Translations under genes and position numbers: made by a program
Origin: a virus
Lineage: Duplodnaviria > Heunggongvirae > Uroviricota > Caudoviricetes
Strand: one strand, 5' to 3'
DNA: 48,404 nt
IMG/VR virus record: IMGVR_UViG_3300045988_155859
Shown: positions 25,873-36,358 of the stretch, in pieces
Numbering within the stretch: the first letter of the stretch is position 1
Layout: each line of letters begins with the position of its first letter
The notes under the pieces: generated by a model
What the model was told of the DNA's origin: nothing
Databases searched by the model: none
Seen by the model: the letters and a program-made list of their open reading frames with translations, nothing else

Positions 25873-26256
25873 ATGCGAGAGTCTTTTTCATTTGAACCAG
25901 ATAATCTGATTATTTCTGGTGGTATGCCAGCAATTCCGACAAGTATTAAACTTGCCAGCGGTAAAGTAAAACGGGGTGAGTTACTTGCTTTTGTCAGTAT
26001 TGATCAGACAACAAATGTTGTCACTGTGGCGCCAATAAATCTCTCTGGTGAAGGGGAGGCAAAAGAACCGTATTGTATCGCTCAACACAATATTGATGCG
26101 ACTGATTCAGCGCAAGTCGGAACAGCATGGCTGACCGGAATGTTCAATGCACATGCGGTTATCCTTCCTGAATCAGCAAAAGTTGCCGATGTATATCTGG
26201 CTTGCCGGAAGGTTGGAATATTCCTTAATACCGCACAACAAAATCCATCTGCATAA
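25873..26256 (+). CDS. Head decoration protein (gpD-like)
   Basis: 127-aa ORF immediately upstream of the major capsid gene. Confidence 0.5.
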   Translation: MRESFSFEPDNLIISGGMPAIPTSIKLASGKVKRGELLAFVSIDQTTNVVTVAPINLSGEGEAKEPYCIAQHNIDATDSAQVGTAWLTGMFNAHAVILPESAKVADVYLACRKVGIFLNTAQQNPSA

Positions 26257-26276
26257 TATAAAGAGGTCGTATTTTT

Positions 26277-27320
26277 ATGCCGAATATTGATATTTTTGAA
26301 CGACGTACGATGCTTGAGCCTGTTATTCAGAATTTCAAGGCTCGTCGTTTTCTTCTTCGTACCTTTTTTCCTGGTGTTCAGACCTTTAATACAAAGAAAG
26401 TTGATCTGGATTTTGTTCGCGGTGGCCGTACTATGGCTCCGTTTGTTGGTAAAGGTTTTGGCTCAAAAACCGTTGAGCGACGCGGCTTTGTAACGAGAAC
26501 TCTGGAGCCACCACTTGTTGCACCTGATTTGGTAACAACAGCCGAGCTGCTTTTAAACAGGCTTCCGGGTGAGAATATTTACAACGCAAAATCGCCAGCA
26601 GAACGAGCCGCCGAGCAATTAGGTAAAGATTTGCTTGAGCTTGATGAAATGGTTAACCGCCGTGAAGAATGGATGTGTGCACAAGTCTTGTTTACGGGGC
26701 AGGTTGATATTGTTGGTGAAGGAGTGGATGACACAGTTTATTTTTGGCCTGAAGAGGAAGGAGATAAACCATATCTTGAACTGACAGGTGATGATTTATG
26801 GAGTGCAGCAAAATCAGATCCGTTAGTCAATGTTCGCAACTGGAAACGTCGGGTATCACTAACTTCAGGTTTTACACCTCGTGTTGCCGTAATGGGCGCA
26901 AAAGTTGTTGATGCCTTCGTTAAAAATGAAGCAGTAACTAAATATCTTGATAATCGCCGAAAAGAGCTTGGGTATATTGAGCCTAAAGAGTTAGAAGAAG
27001 GCGTAACTCATTATGGCAATCTTGAAGGTGTCGATTTTTATGGTTACGACGAACTTATTCGCAATGATAAAACAGGAAAACCTGAACCATTAGTACCGGA
27101 AGATAAGATCCTCTTTGGCTCTCCTGGTCGAGGAACGATGCTGTATGGTGCTGTAGAGCTTGTAGATGACGCCGAAAAGACTCTAACGATTGTTGAGTCA
27201 CCACGAGTTCCAGACACTTGGGTAACTCGTAAGCCGGCTGGCCGTTATGTTGCCATGAAGTCATCTCCACTGCCTAATCCTGGTGTGGCTGATGCCTATC
27301 TGGTGGCTAAGGTGGTTTAA
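26277..27320 (+). CDS. Major capsid protein (lambda gpE-like)
   Basis: 347 aa, lambda E-like N-terminal pattern (...FLLRTFFPG...TKKVDLDF...), positioned after protease and decoration genes. Confidence 0.8.
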   Translation: MPNIDIFERRTMLEPVIQNFKARRFLLRTFFPGVQTFNTKKVDLDFVRGGRTMAPFVGKGFGSKTVERRGFVTRTLEPPLVAPDLVTTAELLLNRLPGENIYNAKSPAERAAEQLGKDLLELDEMVNRREEWMCAQVLFTGQVDIVGEGVDDTVYFWPEEEGDKPYLELTGDDLWSAAKSDPLVNVRNWKRRVSLTSGFTPRVAVMGAKVVDAFVKNEAVTKYLDNRRKELGYIEPKELEEGVTHYGNLEGVDFYGYDELIRNDKTGKPEPLVPEDKILFGSPGRGTMLYGAVELVDDAEKTLTIVESPRVPDTWVTRKPAGRYVAMKSSPLPNPGVADAYLVAKVV

Positions 27321-27713
27321 ATGGCCAGACTGATTAAAAACATTGATACGATAAGCCACGGCTCGCTAAAAGCGGGCCGTTTGCTTAATGGGCTAATGGA
27401 TAACTCCAGAATTGCCGAACTGATTGCGTCAGGACATGCTATTGCCACCGAAGAGGATGGTGATTTGGCATCGGCTGGGGGCTATGATGCTGCTAAGTTA
27501 GCTTTTGAGCATGGATACGCATCTGCTGTTAATGATGCTGTGGACGCGGGGTTGATTACGCGAACGGAGGCGGGTAGCTGTGTATTCGAGGTTGAGTTTG
27601 AGGATGATGGCGGCAATGAGGAAATGGTTGCTGATGATTCATCTGAATCTGTAGCTACTTCTGATACCAGTAATGCGAAAAAATCAACGCAAAAAAAAGG
27701 TAATAAGAAGTAA
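27321..27713 (+). CDS. Hypothetical head-associated protein
   Basis: 130 aa with an acidic, low-complexity C-terminus. Confidence 0.35.
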   Translation: MARLIKNIDTISHGSLKAGRLLNGLMDNSRIAELIASGHAIATEEDGDLASAGGYDAAKLAFEHGYASAVNDAVDAGLITRTEAGSCVFEVEFEDDGGNEEMVADDSSESVATSDTSNAKKSTQKKGNKK

Positions 27714-28057
27714 TGAACTCCTTCAAAGAGGTTATAGCGCAAGATATTTCTGCAATATTCCTCAATGAAAAAGAGTTTGCCGATACATATAACATAGACG
27801 GCAAGGATATCCTTGCCGTTATTGATACAGACCTTATTCATGAGCGGAATAAACGCTCATATGCTGAGTTTGCAGAGGGAATAAATCAGGGGCAAATAAT
27901 ATTATTTGTTTCAAGAAAAGATTTTCCTGTTCTCCCTGTCAAAGACCAGTCAATGAAAATCAACGGTAAAAATTATATTGTTGATGAAGTATCAGATAAT
28001 GTTGGTGTATTGGAAATAACTCTCACTGTTAATACTAACAGAGGAATGCCGATTTGA
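27713..28057 (+). CDS. Putative head completion / head-tail joining protein
   Basis: 114-aa ORF in the connector region; assignment by position only. Confidence 0.3.
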   Translation: MNSFKEVIAQDISAIFLNEKEFADTYNIDGKDILAVIDTDLIHERNKRSYAEFAEGINQGQIILFVSRKDFPVLPVKDQSMKINGKNYIVDEVSDNVGVLEITLTVNTNRGMPI

Positions 28058-28539
28058 TTAATCTTTTGATAGATGCAATAAAAAATCGGTTGGAACATGA
28101 GGTTTTCCATGATTTATTAGTGCAGGGGCCTCCTTATGATGAAACAGACAGCGATATTAAATTGTTTGTTCCAACAATATTTAAAGGGTACTTGCCTCCT
28201 AAATCACAACCATCTCCAGATAAACCGCCAGAATTTCCTCATGTGATTATCAGGCCCACGGAAGGAGGAATGCAGCCTGAAACGGATGAAGTTAAGGTTA
28301 AGTTTCTTCTAGGTGGTTTTTGTGAGGACCATACTGGATATGAATGGGTAATGGCTCTTCTTGAAAGGATGATGTTTCATTTTCAGGAGAAGCCTTTACT
28401 TGAAGAGAAATTTCTCTTTCAGGGTGATATCAGATGGCGAATGTTTGATGATCAACCATATCCATATTGGATAACGGAAGCAACTGGAACGTGGCTAGTA
28501 TTAAAGCCTCAGAATATTCAGTCTCAGGAGTTTATCTAA
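28054..28539 (+). CDS. Putative neck or tail completion protein
   Basis: TTG start overlapping the upstream stop; 161 aa; assignment by position. Confidence 0.3.
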   Translation: MINLLIDAIKNRLEHEVFHDLLVQGPPYDETDSDIKLFVPTIFKGYLPPKSQPSPDKPPEFPHVIIRPTEGGMQPETDEVKVKFLLGGFCEDHTGYEWVMALLERMMFHFQEKPLLEEKFLFQGDIRWRMFDDQPYPYWITEATGTWLVLKPQNIQSQEFI

Positions 28540-28830
28540 ATGGCTAATAAGAAAAGTAGTAAAGAAGATATAGAAAAGAAGGAAGATGTTGCTCAAACAT
28601 TTGTATATATAGGGCCAACAATCCCTCAACTCTCAATTTTGAAGCATAAACTATTTAAGAATGGCTTATCTCCAGAGTGTGAAAAATTAATATCACATAT
28701 TCCTGGTGCAAAGTGTTTGTTTGTGGCAACCAGTGATTTTTCAGATGCAGAAAAAAGACTTTCTGATAAAACCAGTGTCGAGTATGTAATGTACTCTAGA
28801 GTTTCTTCTTCTATCATGGAGATTAAATAA
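28540..28830 (+). CDS. Hypothetical protein
   Basis: 96-aa ORF immediately upstream of the sheath gene. Confidence 0.35.
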   Translation: MANKKSSKEDIEKKEDVAQTFVYIGPTIPQLSILKHKLFKNGLSPECEKLISHIPGAKCLFVATSDFSDAEKRLSDKTSVEYVMYSRVSSSIMEIK

Positions 28831-30293
28831 TGGGATATCGCCACGGTATTTATATATCTGAGCTGGCTACATCTATAACTCCTCCAGTACAAGTTAGTGC
28901 TGGGTTGATTGTCGCATTTGGTACAACTCCTGTTAATCAGTTAGAAGATCCAGCCTCAGCGGTAAATAAACCTATCATTGCTTATACATACGCAGAGGCC
29001 GTATCTAAAATAGGATATAGCACAAACTTCGAGAAATATACTTTAAGCGAAGTAATTAAAGTCGCATTTGGAATATATGGTGTTGCGCCAGTTGTATTTA
29101 TCAATGTGCTTGATCCAGCAAAGCATAAGAAAGACGTAACTGATGAGGTAGTAAAACTTTCTGGCGGGAAAGGTACGCTCTCTAACGATGGTGTCTTATA
29201 TAAATCTGTTGTTGTGAAAAAAGCAGATGGTGATTCTCCAGGGTTAACGGTTGATACAGATTATGTACTGGCGCTGGATGATAATGGCTATACGGTCATT
29301 ACCGCTATTAGCGGAGGAAAAATTACTGAAAAAGACGCCACTCTTAAGGTTAGTTATACGCATCTTGATCCCGGGGCTGTAACTAAAAACGATATTATTG
29401 GTGGTGTGGATTCCAACACTAAAGCGAATACGGGGCTTGAGTTACTGTCGGATGTTTATCCCCGCTTCAAACTAGTTCCAGGACAAGTGATTGCGCCTGG
29501 ATTTAGTTCTGATAGTGAAGTTGGCCAGCTAATGGCGGCTAAAGCTGCGCTGATTAGTGAATTGTTCAAAGCAGAAGCTATCACCGATGCGCCGACTGAT
29601 AAATCTACTATCAGTGATTATTCTGCTGTTCCTGAATGGAAGCAGAACAATAATCATATGGCAGCTAACCAGACAGTGTGCTGGCCGATGGTGAAACTTG
29701 GTGACAATATTTACCATCACTCAACCCATTTAGCGGCAGCAACATGCTTGCTGGATAGTCAGTATGGTGATATTCCATCACGTTCTCCGTCAAATATAAA
29801 ACTACAGATGGACGGTGCTGTACGTAAAGATGGCAGTGAGGTATGGCTTAACATTAGCCAGGCAAACTACTTAAATGGACAGGGGATTGTAACAAGCCTT
29901 AATTTTGATGGTTGGAAATCATGGGGAAACCGTAATGCTATTTATCCAACATCTACAGACCCCAAAGACGCATTTCGTGTTTGCCGACGTATGTTTAACT
30001 GGGTGGGTAATACGTTAATTCTTTCGCATTGGTCAAAAATAGACAATCCTGCAAACCGTCGATTAATTGAATCGATTGTTACTAGTGCGAATATTTGGCT
30101 TAACGGCCTCACTGGTAATCAGGATATTGCAGGTGGTGTTGTTACCTTTGATCAGTCTGAAAACACGATTACGTCATTGATGGACGGGATTGTTAAATTC
30201 CATGTGAAAATGACACCATTCTCACCTGCCAGAGATATAGAGTTCGTCATGGAATATAATCCTGATTATCTGCTGAACTTGTTTTCTGAATAA
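28830..30293 (+). CDS. Contractile tail sheath protein (P2 FI-like)
   Basis: 487 aa; N-terminal GYRHGIYISE and C-terminal GWKSWGNR... resemble the P2 FI sheath pattern; followed by tube and chaperone genes. Confidence 0.8.
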   Translation: MGYRHGIYISELATSITPPVQVSAGLIVAFGTTPVNQLEDPASAVNKPIIAYTYAEAVSKIGYSTNFEKYTLSEVIKVAFGIYGVAPVVFINVLDPAKHKKDVTDEVVKLSGGKGTLSNDGVLYKSVVVKKADGDSPGLTVDTDYVLALDDNGYTVITAISGGKITEKDATLKVSYTHLDPGAVTKNDIIGGVDSNTKANTGLELLSDVYPRFKLVPGQVIAPGFSSDSEVGQLMAAKAALISELFKAEAITDAPTDKSTISDYSAVPEWKQNNNHMAANQTVCWPMVKLGDNIYHHSTHLAAATCLLDSQYGDIPSRSPSNIKLQMDGAVRKDGSEVWLNISQANYLNGQGIVTSLNFDGWKSWGNRNAIYPTSTDPKDAFRVCRRMFNWVGNTLILSHWSKIDNPANRRLIESIVTSANIWLNGLTGNQDIAGGVVTFDQSENTITSLMDGIVKFHVKMTPFSPARDIEFVMEYNPDYLLNLFSE

Positions 30294-30309
30294 ATAATAG
30301 GAGGTTGCT

Positions 30310-30831
30310 TTGAGCAATCAAATTCCTGAGAGACTTATTAACTTTACAGTATACGGTGAAGGAAACCGTATTATCGGTGTTGCTGACGCAAAGCTGCCAT
30401 CAATTGAGATGATGACAGAAACTGTTAGTGGTGCAGGTATCGCTGGAGAGCTTGAGAGCGGAACGCTGGGGCATTTCAAACCAATGACTGTCTCTCTTAA
30501 ATGGCGAACTCTGACCTCTGCTGGTACAAAATTATTTCTATCCTCATCGCATCAGGTAGATTTTCGCGGTAGCCAGCAGGTTTATGATGCAGGAACAGGA
30601 AAATATAAAACGGTTCCTATTCGGGCTTCAATGAAGCTAAACCCTAAAAAACTGGATTTAGGTTCGCTACAGGTGGCAAAGGCTACTGATTCAGAGAATG
30701 AATTTGAAGTTCTCTATATCAAATTATTTATTGATGGAAAAGAAGTCCTGGAAATTGATAAGTTGAACTTTATTTGTATCTTTGATGGTGAAGATATATT
30801 AAAAAGCGTTCGTGATGATTTAGGTTTATAA
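30310..30831 (+). CDS. Tail tube protein (P2 FII-like)
   Basis: TTG start with TAGGAGG RBS; 173 aa; sits between sheath and chaperone. Confidence 0.75.
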   Translation: MSNQIPERLINFTVYGEGNRIIGVADAKLPSIEMMTETVSGAGIAGELESGTLGHFKPMTVSLKWRTLTSAGTKLFLSSSHQVDFRGSQQVYDAGTGKYKTVPIRASMKLNPKKLDLGSLQVAKATDSENEFEVLYIKLFIDGKEVLEIDKLNFICIFDGEDILKSVRDDLGL

Positions 30832-30840
30832 GGTGACAAA

Positions 30841-31122
30841 ATGGAAACCGTTAAATTAAGTAAAGAATATCGTTTTGAAGACTTTGAGCCGGTGACTGAA
30901 CTCAACCTTGATTTAGACAACCTAAAAGGCAGTGATATTTTAGAGGTATCTGACTTACTGCAATCTCAAGGGCATGTTTCAGTTCAAACATCACTTGATA
31001 ATAAAGTCCATGCAGCCTTGGCTGCTCGCTGTATTGGTCGTCCAATAGAGTATCTGAATGGATTACCAGCGAAAGACTTTGTTAAAGTTTGTCAAAAGGT
31101 ACAGAATTTTTTGCTCTCGTAG
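30841..31122 (+). CDS. Tail assembly chaperone (P2 gpE-like)
   Basis: 93-aa ORF ending just after a T-TTT-TTG slippery heptamer. Confidence 0.6.
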   Translation: METVKLSKEYRFEDFEPVTELNLDLDNLKGSDILEVSDLLQSQGHVSVQTSLDNKVHAALAARCIGRPIEYLNGLPAKDFVKVCQKVQNFLLS

Positions 31123-31271
31123 GTTTTGATGAGCAAAAACCTATTGATAAGCAAATAATGAGGGCCGCGAGTTCTCTATCTCAATCATCTCAATCAACAC
31201 CTATATCCTACTGGCTTTCGCTTCGGTTGAGGCGAATCGTCGCATGGATTGACGTGTTTAATGAGGATTAA
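30841..31271 (+). CDS. Tail assembly chaperone, -1 frameshift extension product (E+E'-like)
   Basis: A -1 shift at TTTTTTG (31107-31113) continues into the 31089-31271 frame (FFALVGFDEQK...), ending 6 nt before the tape measure start. Confidence 0.5.
31107..31113 (+). other. Programmed -1 ribosomal frameshift heptamer T-TTT-TTG
   Basis: Slippery sequence 3 codons before the zero-frame stop of the chaperone gene. Confidence 0.55.
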
Positions 31272-31276
31272 TACTA

Positions 31277-34069
31277 ATGGCCAGCAATAAGAACTTTAAG
31301 CTGGCTTTTGAAATTGGCGGCAAAGTTGCCGCCTCTCTCCCCAAAAGTTTTACTACAGCTAATCAGGCTGTTGCTAAATTAAATGCAGAGCTTGCTGGAT
31401 TAACGAAAGAACATGGGGAAATTCAAAAGCTACAATCTGTAAAAGTAAAGGTTGGACAGACTGCCCTCGAATATCATAAAGCTGCCGCTCGCGTTGAAGA
31501 GTTACAGAAGCAAATAAAAAACACGGCCAATCCAACCAGAGCGATGCTTCGTGACTTTGAGAAGGCAAAAACACATTCATCAAATTTACGAGCATCACTA
31601 CGTTCTCAGCGTGAAGAACTGGCCGCTTTAAAGTCTGCCTATCAGGGAGCTGATACATCTGCCAGAGCTTTGGCCTCAAGAGAGAAAGAGCTTAAAGCCA
31701 GCATTGATCGTAATCGTGAGGCTCAGGCCCGTAGCGTTGAGCAGGTTAACCGCTACAGAACGGCTTTGGCTTTAGCCAGAGCAAATGTTCAGCAAGTGAA
31801 AAAACAGCAGGAGGAACTTAACCGGGCATTAGAAAAACAACGTATTGATAAAATTAACAGCTATAAAAATGCGTTGGCTGAAGCACGGAAAAATGTTCTT
31901 GCAGTAAAACGTGCTCAGGAGGAGTTAAACCGCGCGTTGGAAAGGCAGCGTGAATTGAAGCGAGAGCATCTTGGTGAGGCAAAGAGTCAACTTGTAAGGT
32001 CAGGATTACAAACTGGTGCTGTAGCGGCTGGTGCATTTGCTGCTGCTAACAATGCAGCAAATTTCAATCGTGAAAACAAAATGATTGGTCTTACGGCAGA
32101 TATGAAGCCGGAAGAAGTTCAGGCGATGGGGCAGGCGATGCTTGTTACCGGAACGGCTACCAACCAGTTTGCATCTGATATTCAGGCCGCTCAGGGTTTT
32201 CTCGTCGCTGCTGGGCAGGATTATAAAGAGGCTCAGGCGAATCTACTAACTATTGGGCGAACAGCTACAGCTACTGGCTCTGATATCCTCGATGTCTCGA
32301 AAGCATCATTTACATTAAGTGACTCATTGAAGATTGATCCATCTCAAATGAAGTCTGCAATGGGGATTCTGGTTCAGGCAGGGAAAGAGGGGAACTTTGA
32401 ATTTAAAGATATGGCCAAAAATCTTCCTGTGCTTGGTGCTCAGTTCCAGGCATTAAAAATGGGAGGTAAAGAAGCAGCCGCGACGATGGGTGCAGCTTTG
32501 CAGATAGCTCGCAAGGGGGCTGCAACTTCGGATGAGGCTGCTAATAATATGAACAACTTTTTGGCAAAAATACTTTCCCCTGAAACACTAAAAAAAGCAA
32601 AGAAAAATTTCGGTGTAGATTTATATAAAATTGTTACAACAGCGCAGAAAAAAGGGAAGAATCCATTCGAAGCTGCAATGCATTCTGTCATGAAAATGAC
32701 TAAGAACGGAGATCAGAAGTTACTTGGTGAACTATTTGGCGATATGCAGGTTCAGAACTTTGTTCGTCCGATGATTCAAAACTGGAAGGAATACCAGAGA
32801 ATCAAAGCAACATCTCTTGGAGCTGGAAGTGCTGTTATTGACCGCGATTTTGCCAACATAACGAAAGATAATGCGGAGCGATTGAAACAATTACGTATTC
32901 AGGCTAGCAATGCATCATTAAGTTTTGGTCAGGCCTTGCAACCTGCTTTGAATGCCGCGCTTAGTGTTTTGGTTCCGCTGATTACAAAAATTAGTGAATT
33001 TGTAGCTAACAACCCCAATTTTGTGTCTCAGATAGTGATGGCGGCAGGTGCGTTTCTAACCATGAAAAGTGTGGTTATAGCGTGTAGGGTAGCTATGCTG
33101 GCTTTATCTGTAGCGACAAAGCTAACACCCTTCGGGTGGATTCAGATGGCTATATCTGCGCTGGTTGCCGCAGGAATATTGCTCTATCAGAATTGGGATA
33201 AGATCAGAGATTATGCTGTCAGAGTTTGGCCTTCTGTTAAGGAATATACAGTTAAATCATTTGAGGCTATAAAAAACTTTATCTTAAACTTTGACCTCAA
33301 TGGATGGATTATATCTATGTTTGGTAAAGCATGGGATTATCTTTCCAACATAAACTGGAGTTCGGCAGGAGTAAGAATTTACAGTACATTAATTAGTGCT
33401 TTTAAATGGATGTCTCCGCTTCCGTTCTTAATTAAAGCATTTAAAATTACAACAAATTACCTTTCTGGCATTAACTGGAGCGAAACAGGAAAGAAAATCA
33501 TAGATACACTGGTATCTGTTTTTATGCGTTTTTCACCAGTTGGACTCTTTATAAGAGCATTCCAATCTGTAACGACTTATTTATCTGGAATAAACTGGAG
33601 TGAGTCAGGCGCAAAAATAATTGAGACGTTAATCACTGGGATAAAATCAAAAGCAAATGCTTTAATTAATGAAGTGAAAGGCGTTTTTTCTTCTGTACGT
33701 GAGTATTTACCGTTCTCTGACGCGAAAAAAGGTCCATTCTCACAGCTAACAAAGTCAGGTGGTGCAATAATGACTACTCTGGCATCAGGTGTTAGCAGGA
33801 ATAACAGCTTACAGAATGCAATAGCAAGCAAGTTCGGGCAATCAAATTTATCACCTCACGGGATATCTGCCGCTGGGACTTCTGGACCTCGCCAGAACGT
33901 TAACGCTGTGACTGGTGGAATAACCTATTCACCTGTAATCAATCTTCCGGCTGGTTCACCAAAGGAAACTGAGGCGGCAGCTAAAAGAGCATTAGATGCG
34001 GGATATTCTGATTTTGAGAAGAAATTGAGTGCTCATATGTTCCAACAACGGAGATTAAGTTTTGGATGA
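31277..34069 (+). CDS. Tail tape measure protein
   Basis: 930 aa; coiled-coil-rich N-terminal third with repeated QEELNRALE segments, central hydrophobic stretch, position after the chaperone pair. Confidence 0.85.
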   Translation: MASNKNFKLAFEIGGKVAASLPKSFTTANQAVAKLNAELAGLTKEHGEIQKLQSVKVKVGQTALEYHKAAARVEELQKQIKNTANPTRAMLRDFEKAKTHSSNLRASLRSQREELAALKSAYQGADTSARALASREKELKASIDRNREAQARSVEQVNRYRTALALARANVQQVKKQQEELNRALEKQRIDKINSYKNALAEARKNVLAVKRAQEELNRALERQRELKREHLGEAKSQLVRSGLQTGAVAAGAFAAANNAANFNRENKMIGLTADMKPEEVQAMGQAMLVTGTATNQFASDIQAAQGFLVAAGQDYKEAQANLLTIGRTATATGSDILDVSKASFTLSDSLKIDPSQMKSAMGILVQAGKEGNFEFKDMAKNLPVLGAQFQALKMGGKEAAATMGAALQIARKGAATSDEAANNMNNFLAKILSPETLKKAKKNFGVDLYKIVTTAQKKGKNPFEAAMHSVMKMTKNGDQKLLGELFGDMQVQNFVRPMIQNWKEYQRIKATSLGAGSAVIDRDFANITKDNAERLKQLRIQASNASLSFGQALQPALNAALSVLVPLITKISEFVANNPNFVSQIVMAAGAFLTMKSVVIACRVAMLALSVATKLTPFGWIQMAISALVAAGILLYQNWDKIRDYAVRVWPSVKEYTVKSFEAIKNFILNFDLNGWIISMFGKAWDYLSNINWSSAGVRIYSTLISAFKWMSPLPFLIKAFKITTNYLSGINWSETGKKIIDTLVSVFMRFSPVGLFIRAFQSVTTYLSGINWSESGAKIIETLITGIKSKANALINEVKGVFSSVREYLPFSDAKKGPFSQLTKSGGAIMTTLASGVSRNNSLQNAIASKFGQSNLSPHGISAAGTSGPRQNVNAVTGGITYSPVINLPAGSPKETEAAAKRALDAGYSDFEKKLSAHMFQQRRLSFG

Positions 34070-34280
34070 TTATAGAACGGTTCAAGGGGACTCATGGGAT
34101 AGTATCGCTTTAAAGTTGTATGGTAATGAGTACCTGTCTTATCTTCTTATTGATGCTAATACTGAGCACCGCTTTACGGTGCTTTTTTCTGCGGGAATTA
34201 TTCTTAAAGTTCCTGATGCTCCGGTTATGCCAATATCAGTAAACAATTTTCCTCCGTGGAGACGCAATAGTGTTACGTAA
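34062..34280 (+). CDS. Tail protein X-like (LysM-like small protein)
   Basis: YRTVQGDSWDSIALKLYGNE pattern typical of P2 gpX-family proteins. Confidence 0.6.
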   Translation: MDDYRTVQGDSWDSIALKLYGNEYLSYLLIDANTEHRFTVLFSAGIILKVPDAPVMPISVNNFPPWRRNSVT

Positions 34281-35271
34281 AACGCTTTTTGATGTTATAT
34301 ATCAGAATGTAAATATTACCGCTCATATGTCACCTGATGTTTTGTCAATGTCTTATACAGATAATGAAGATGGTCAGGTCGATGATATTTCTATTATATT
34401 AAAAAATGATGATGGGAAATGGTCTGGAGACTGGACACCTAAAAAGGGTGATTTTATTGATTTGAGCTTTAAGCCTATAAATCAAATCGTCCTTGAGTGC
34501 GGGAAATTCCAGGTAGATGGCATAACTTGCTCTGGACCACCTTCTGTGGTTGAGGTAACTGCTGTTTCTGTTCCTGTTTCATCAGGCATTAGACGTGATT
34601 TAAAAAGTAATGCATGGGAAAAAACAACTCTTAAAGATATAGCAACTTCTATAGCTAAATTAGCTAACCTTGAACTGTTGTTTCTTATTGATGGTGATAG
34701 TAATCCATATTATGCGCGTGAAGATCAAATGGAGGAAAGCGATTTAAAATTTCTCCATCGACTTTGCCAGGATGAAGGGTTGTCGTTAAAGGTCACTGAT
34801 AGCCAATTAATAATATTTGCTCAAGAGATGTTTGAGCAAAAAGATCCTATCGCTACGCTTACGTTAGGTATTGATGAGATAATCAGATATAGCTTTAGCA
34901 CACAATCTACAGATTTGTATAAAAGTTGCACGTGCAAATATCGCGTACCTAAAAAAAGAAAGTCGCTTTCGTATACTTGGGTAGATCCATCCGTAGAAGA
35001 AGGGTCGAATCTTAAGATAAGAAAACTGGTAGCTAATTTAGATGAAGCAAAACGTAAGGCAAAGGCTGCTTTGCGGCTTAAAAATAGATATCAAAATACC
35101 GGATCTTTAGTATTGGTTGGAGACACCAGATTGGTAGCTGGTGTAACTATAAATCTGGAGGGATTCGGTTCATTTTCTGGAAAATATCTTATATCGAAAG
35201 CTGTGCATTCAATTGGGACTAGTGGTTATACCACCTCGATTGATGTCCGAAGAGTAATTAATGGGTATTAA
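34270..35271 (+). CDS. Tail/baseplate hub protein (P2 gpD-like)
   Basis: GTG start; 333 aa; position between X and the spike gene. Confidence 0.5.
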   Translation: MLRKTLFDVIYQNVNITAHMSPDVLSMSYTDNEDGQVDDISIILKNDDGKWSGDWTPKKGDFIDLSFKPINQIVLECGKFQVDGITCSGPPSVVEVTAVSVPVSSGIRRDLKSNAWEKTTLKDIATSIAKLANLELLFLIDGDSNPYYAREDQMEESDLKFLHRLCQDEGLSLKVTDSQLIIFAQEMFEQKDPIATLTLGIDEIIRYSFSTQSTDLYKSCTCKYRVPKKRKSLSYTWVDPSVEEGSNLKIRKLVANLDEAKRKAKAALRLKNRYQNTGSLVLVGDTRLVAGVTINLEGFGSFSGKYLISKAVHSIGTSGYTTSIDVRRVINGY

Positions 35272-35273
35272 TT

Positions 35274-35894
35274 ATGAATGATTTAGAAACATTATTACGT
35301 CAGACTATAAGAGTTGGCGTTGTTTCTGATATTGATGATGGTGATGTTACAGCAAGAGTTACTTTCGATGATCAGGATAACGTCACTTCGGCAAAGTTAT
35401 CAGTTATTGTGAAAAATACAGATAAGAATGCTGATTACTGGATGCCAGATATTGGTGAGCAAGTTTTGTGTATCTTTCATCCCGCGGGGCCGCAACAAGG
35501 TTTTATTCTTGGTAGTTTTTATGATGAAACACAGAAGCCGCCATCTAATACTGTTAATAAACGCGTCATTAGATTTAATAACGGAACTCGTATTGAGATA
35601 GACAGAGAATCTAATTTACTCCTTGTTGATGCTGTCGGAGATGTAACCATTAAGGCTACAGGAACCGTAACTATTGATGCTCCAGAAACCATCATTACCG
35701 GAAATGCTACAGTTGAAGGATTACTAACCTTCAAAGGTGGAATGAAAGGATCTTCTGCTGGAGGTGTTGCAGCTACAATTTCTGGGAATGTTAAGGTTGT
35801 TGGTGGTGATATAGATGTTGATGGGATTAAATCTAAAGGCCACCATCACACAGCTCAGGGGGAATACGCTCCGACAACGGAGGCTCAGGCATGA
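35274..35894 (+). CDS. Baseplate central spike protein (gpV-like)
   Basis: 206 aa with an N-terminal OB-fold-like region, a repetitive beta-rich middle (VDAVGDVTIKATGTVTIDAPE...) and C-terminal GHHHTAQG. Confidence 0.65.
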   Translation: MNDLETLLRQTIRVGVVSDIDDGDVTARVTFDDQDNVTSAKLSVIVKNTDKNADYWMPDIGEQVLCIFHPAGPQQGFILGSFYDETQKPPSNTVNKRVIRFNNGTRIEIDRESNLLLVDAVGDVTIKATGTVTIDAPETIITGNATVEGLLTFKGGMKGSSAGGVAATISGNVKVVGGDIDVDGIKSKGHHHTAQGEYAPTTEAQA

Positions 35895-36358
35895 TTGTGG
35901 GTATGCTTGGTACAATGCCTTTTGTTGCCTCATCAATAGTGGTGAATACGTTCAACAATTTTAAAAGGACGTCAAAGCGTCGTGTAGCGCGCCATGATGT
36001 TATTGGGCTTAAACCTGTTCTGGAGGATATAGGTCCAGATCTGGATGAAGTTAGTTTTAATATGCGGTTGGATACAACACTTGGCATTGTTCCATTGGCT
36101 GCGCTTTCATTACTTAGGACAATGCAATCAATTCAGGAAGTAAATCCTGTTGTAATTGGTATTCAGTATTTTGGTAATTTTATAATTACAGATATAGAGG
36201 AATCATGGACTTATTTCGGTCCAACTGGGAATCCACGAGTGATTATCGTCGGCATTAAATTACAGGAAGTCGGACAGACCTCTCTGAAAGAAGCATTAGT
36301 TGATATTGCTGGCAATATAGAGTCAAAAACTAGAAGTGCGTTAGGTAAATTATTATGA
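35891..36358 (+). CDS. Putative baseplate/tail component
   Basis: 155-aa ORF between the spike and gpW-like genes; no confident family. Confidence 0.35.
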   Translation: MIVGMLGTMPFVASSIVVNTFNNFKRTSKRRVARHDVIGLKPVLEDIGPDLDEVSFNMRLDTTLGIVPLAALSLLRTMQSIQEVNPVVIGIQYFGNFIITDIEESWTYFGPTGNPRVIIVGIKLQEVGQTSLKEALVDIAGNIESKTRSALGKLL

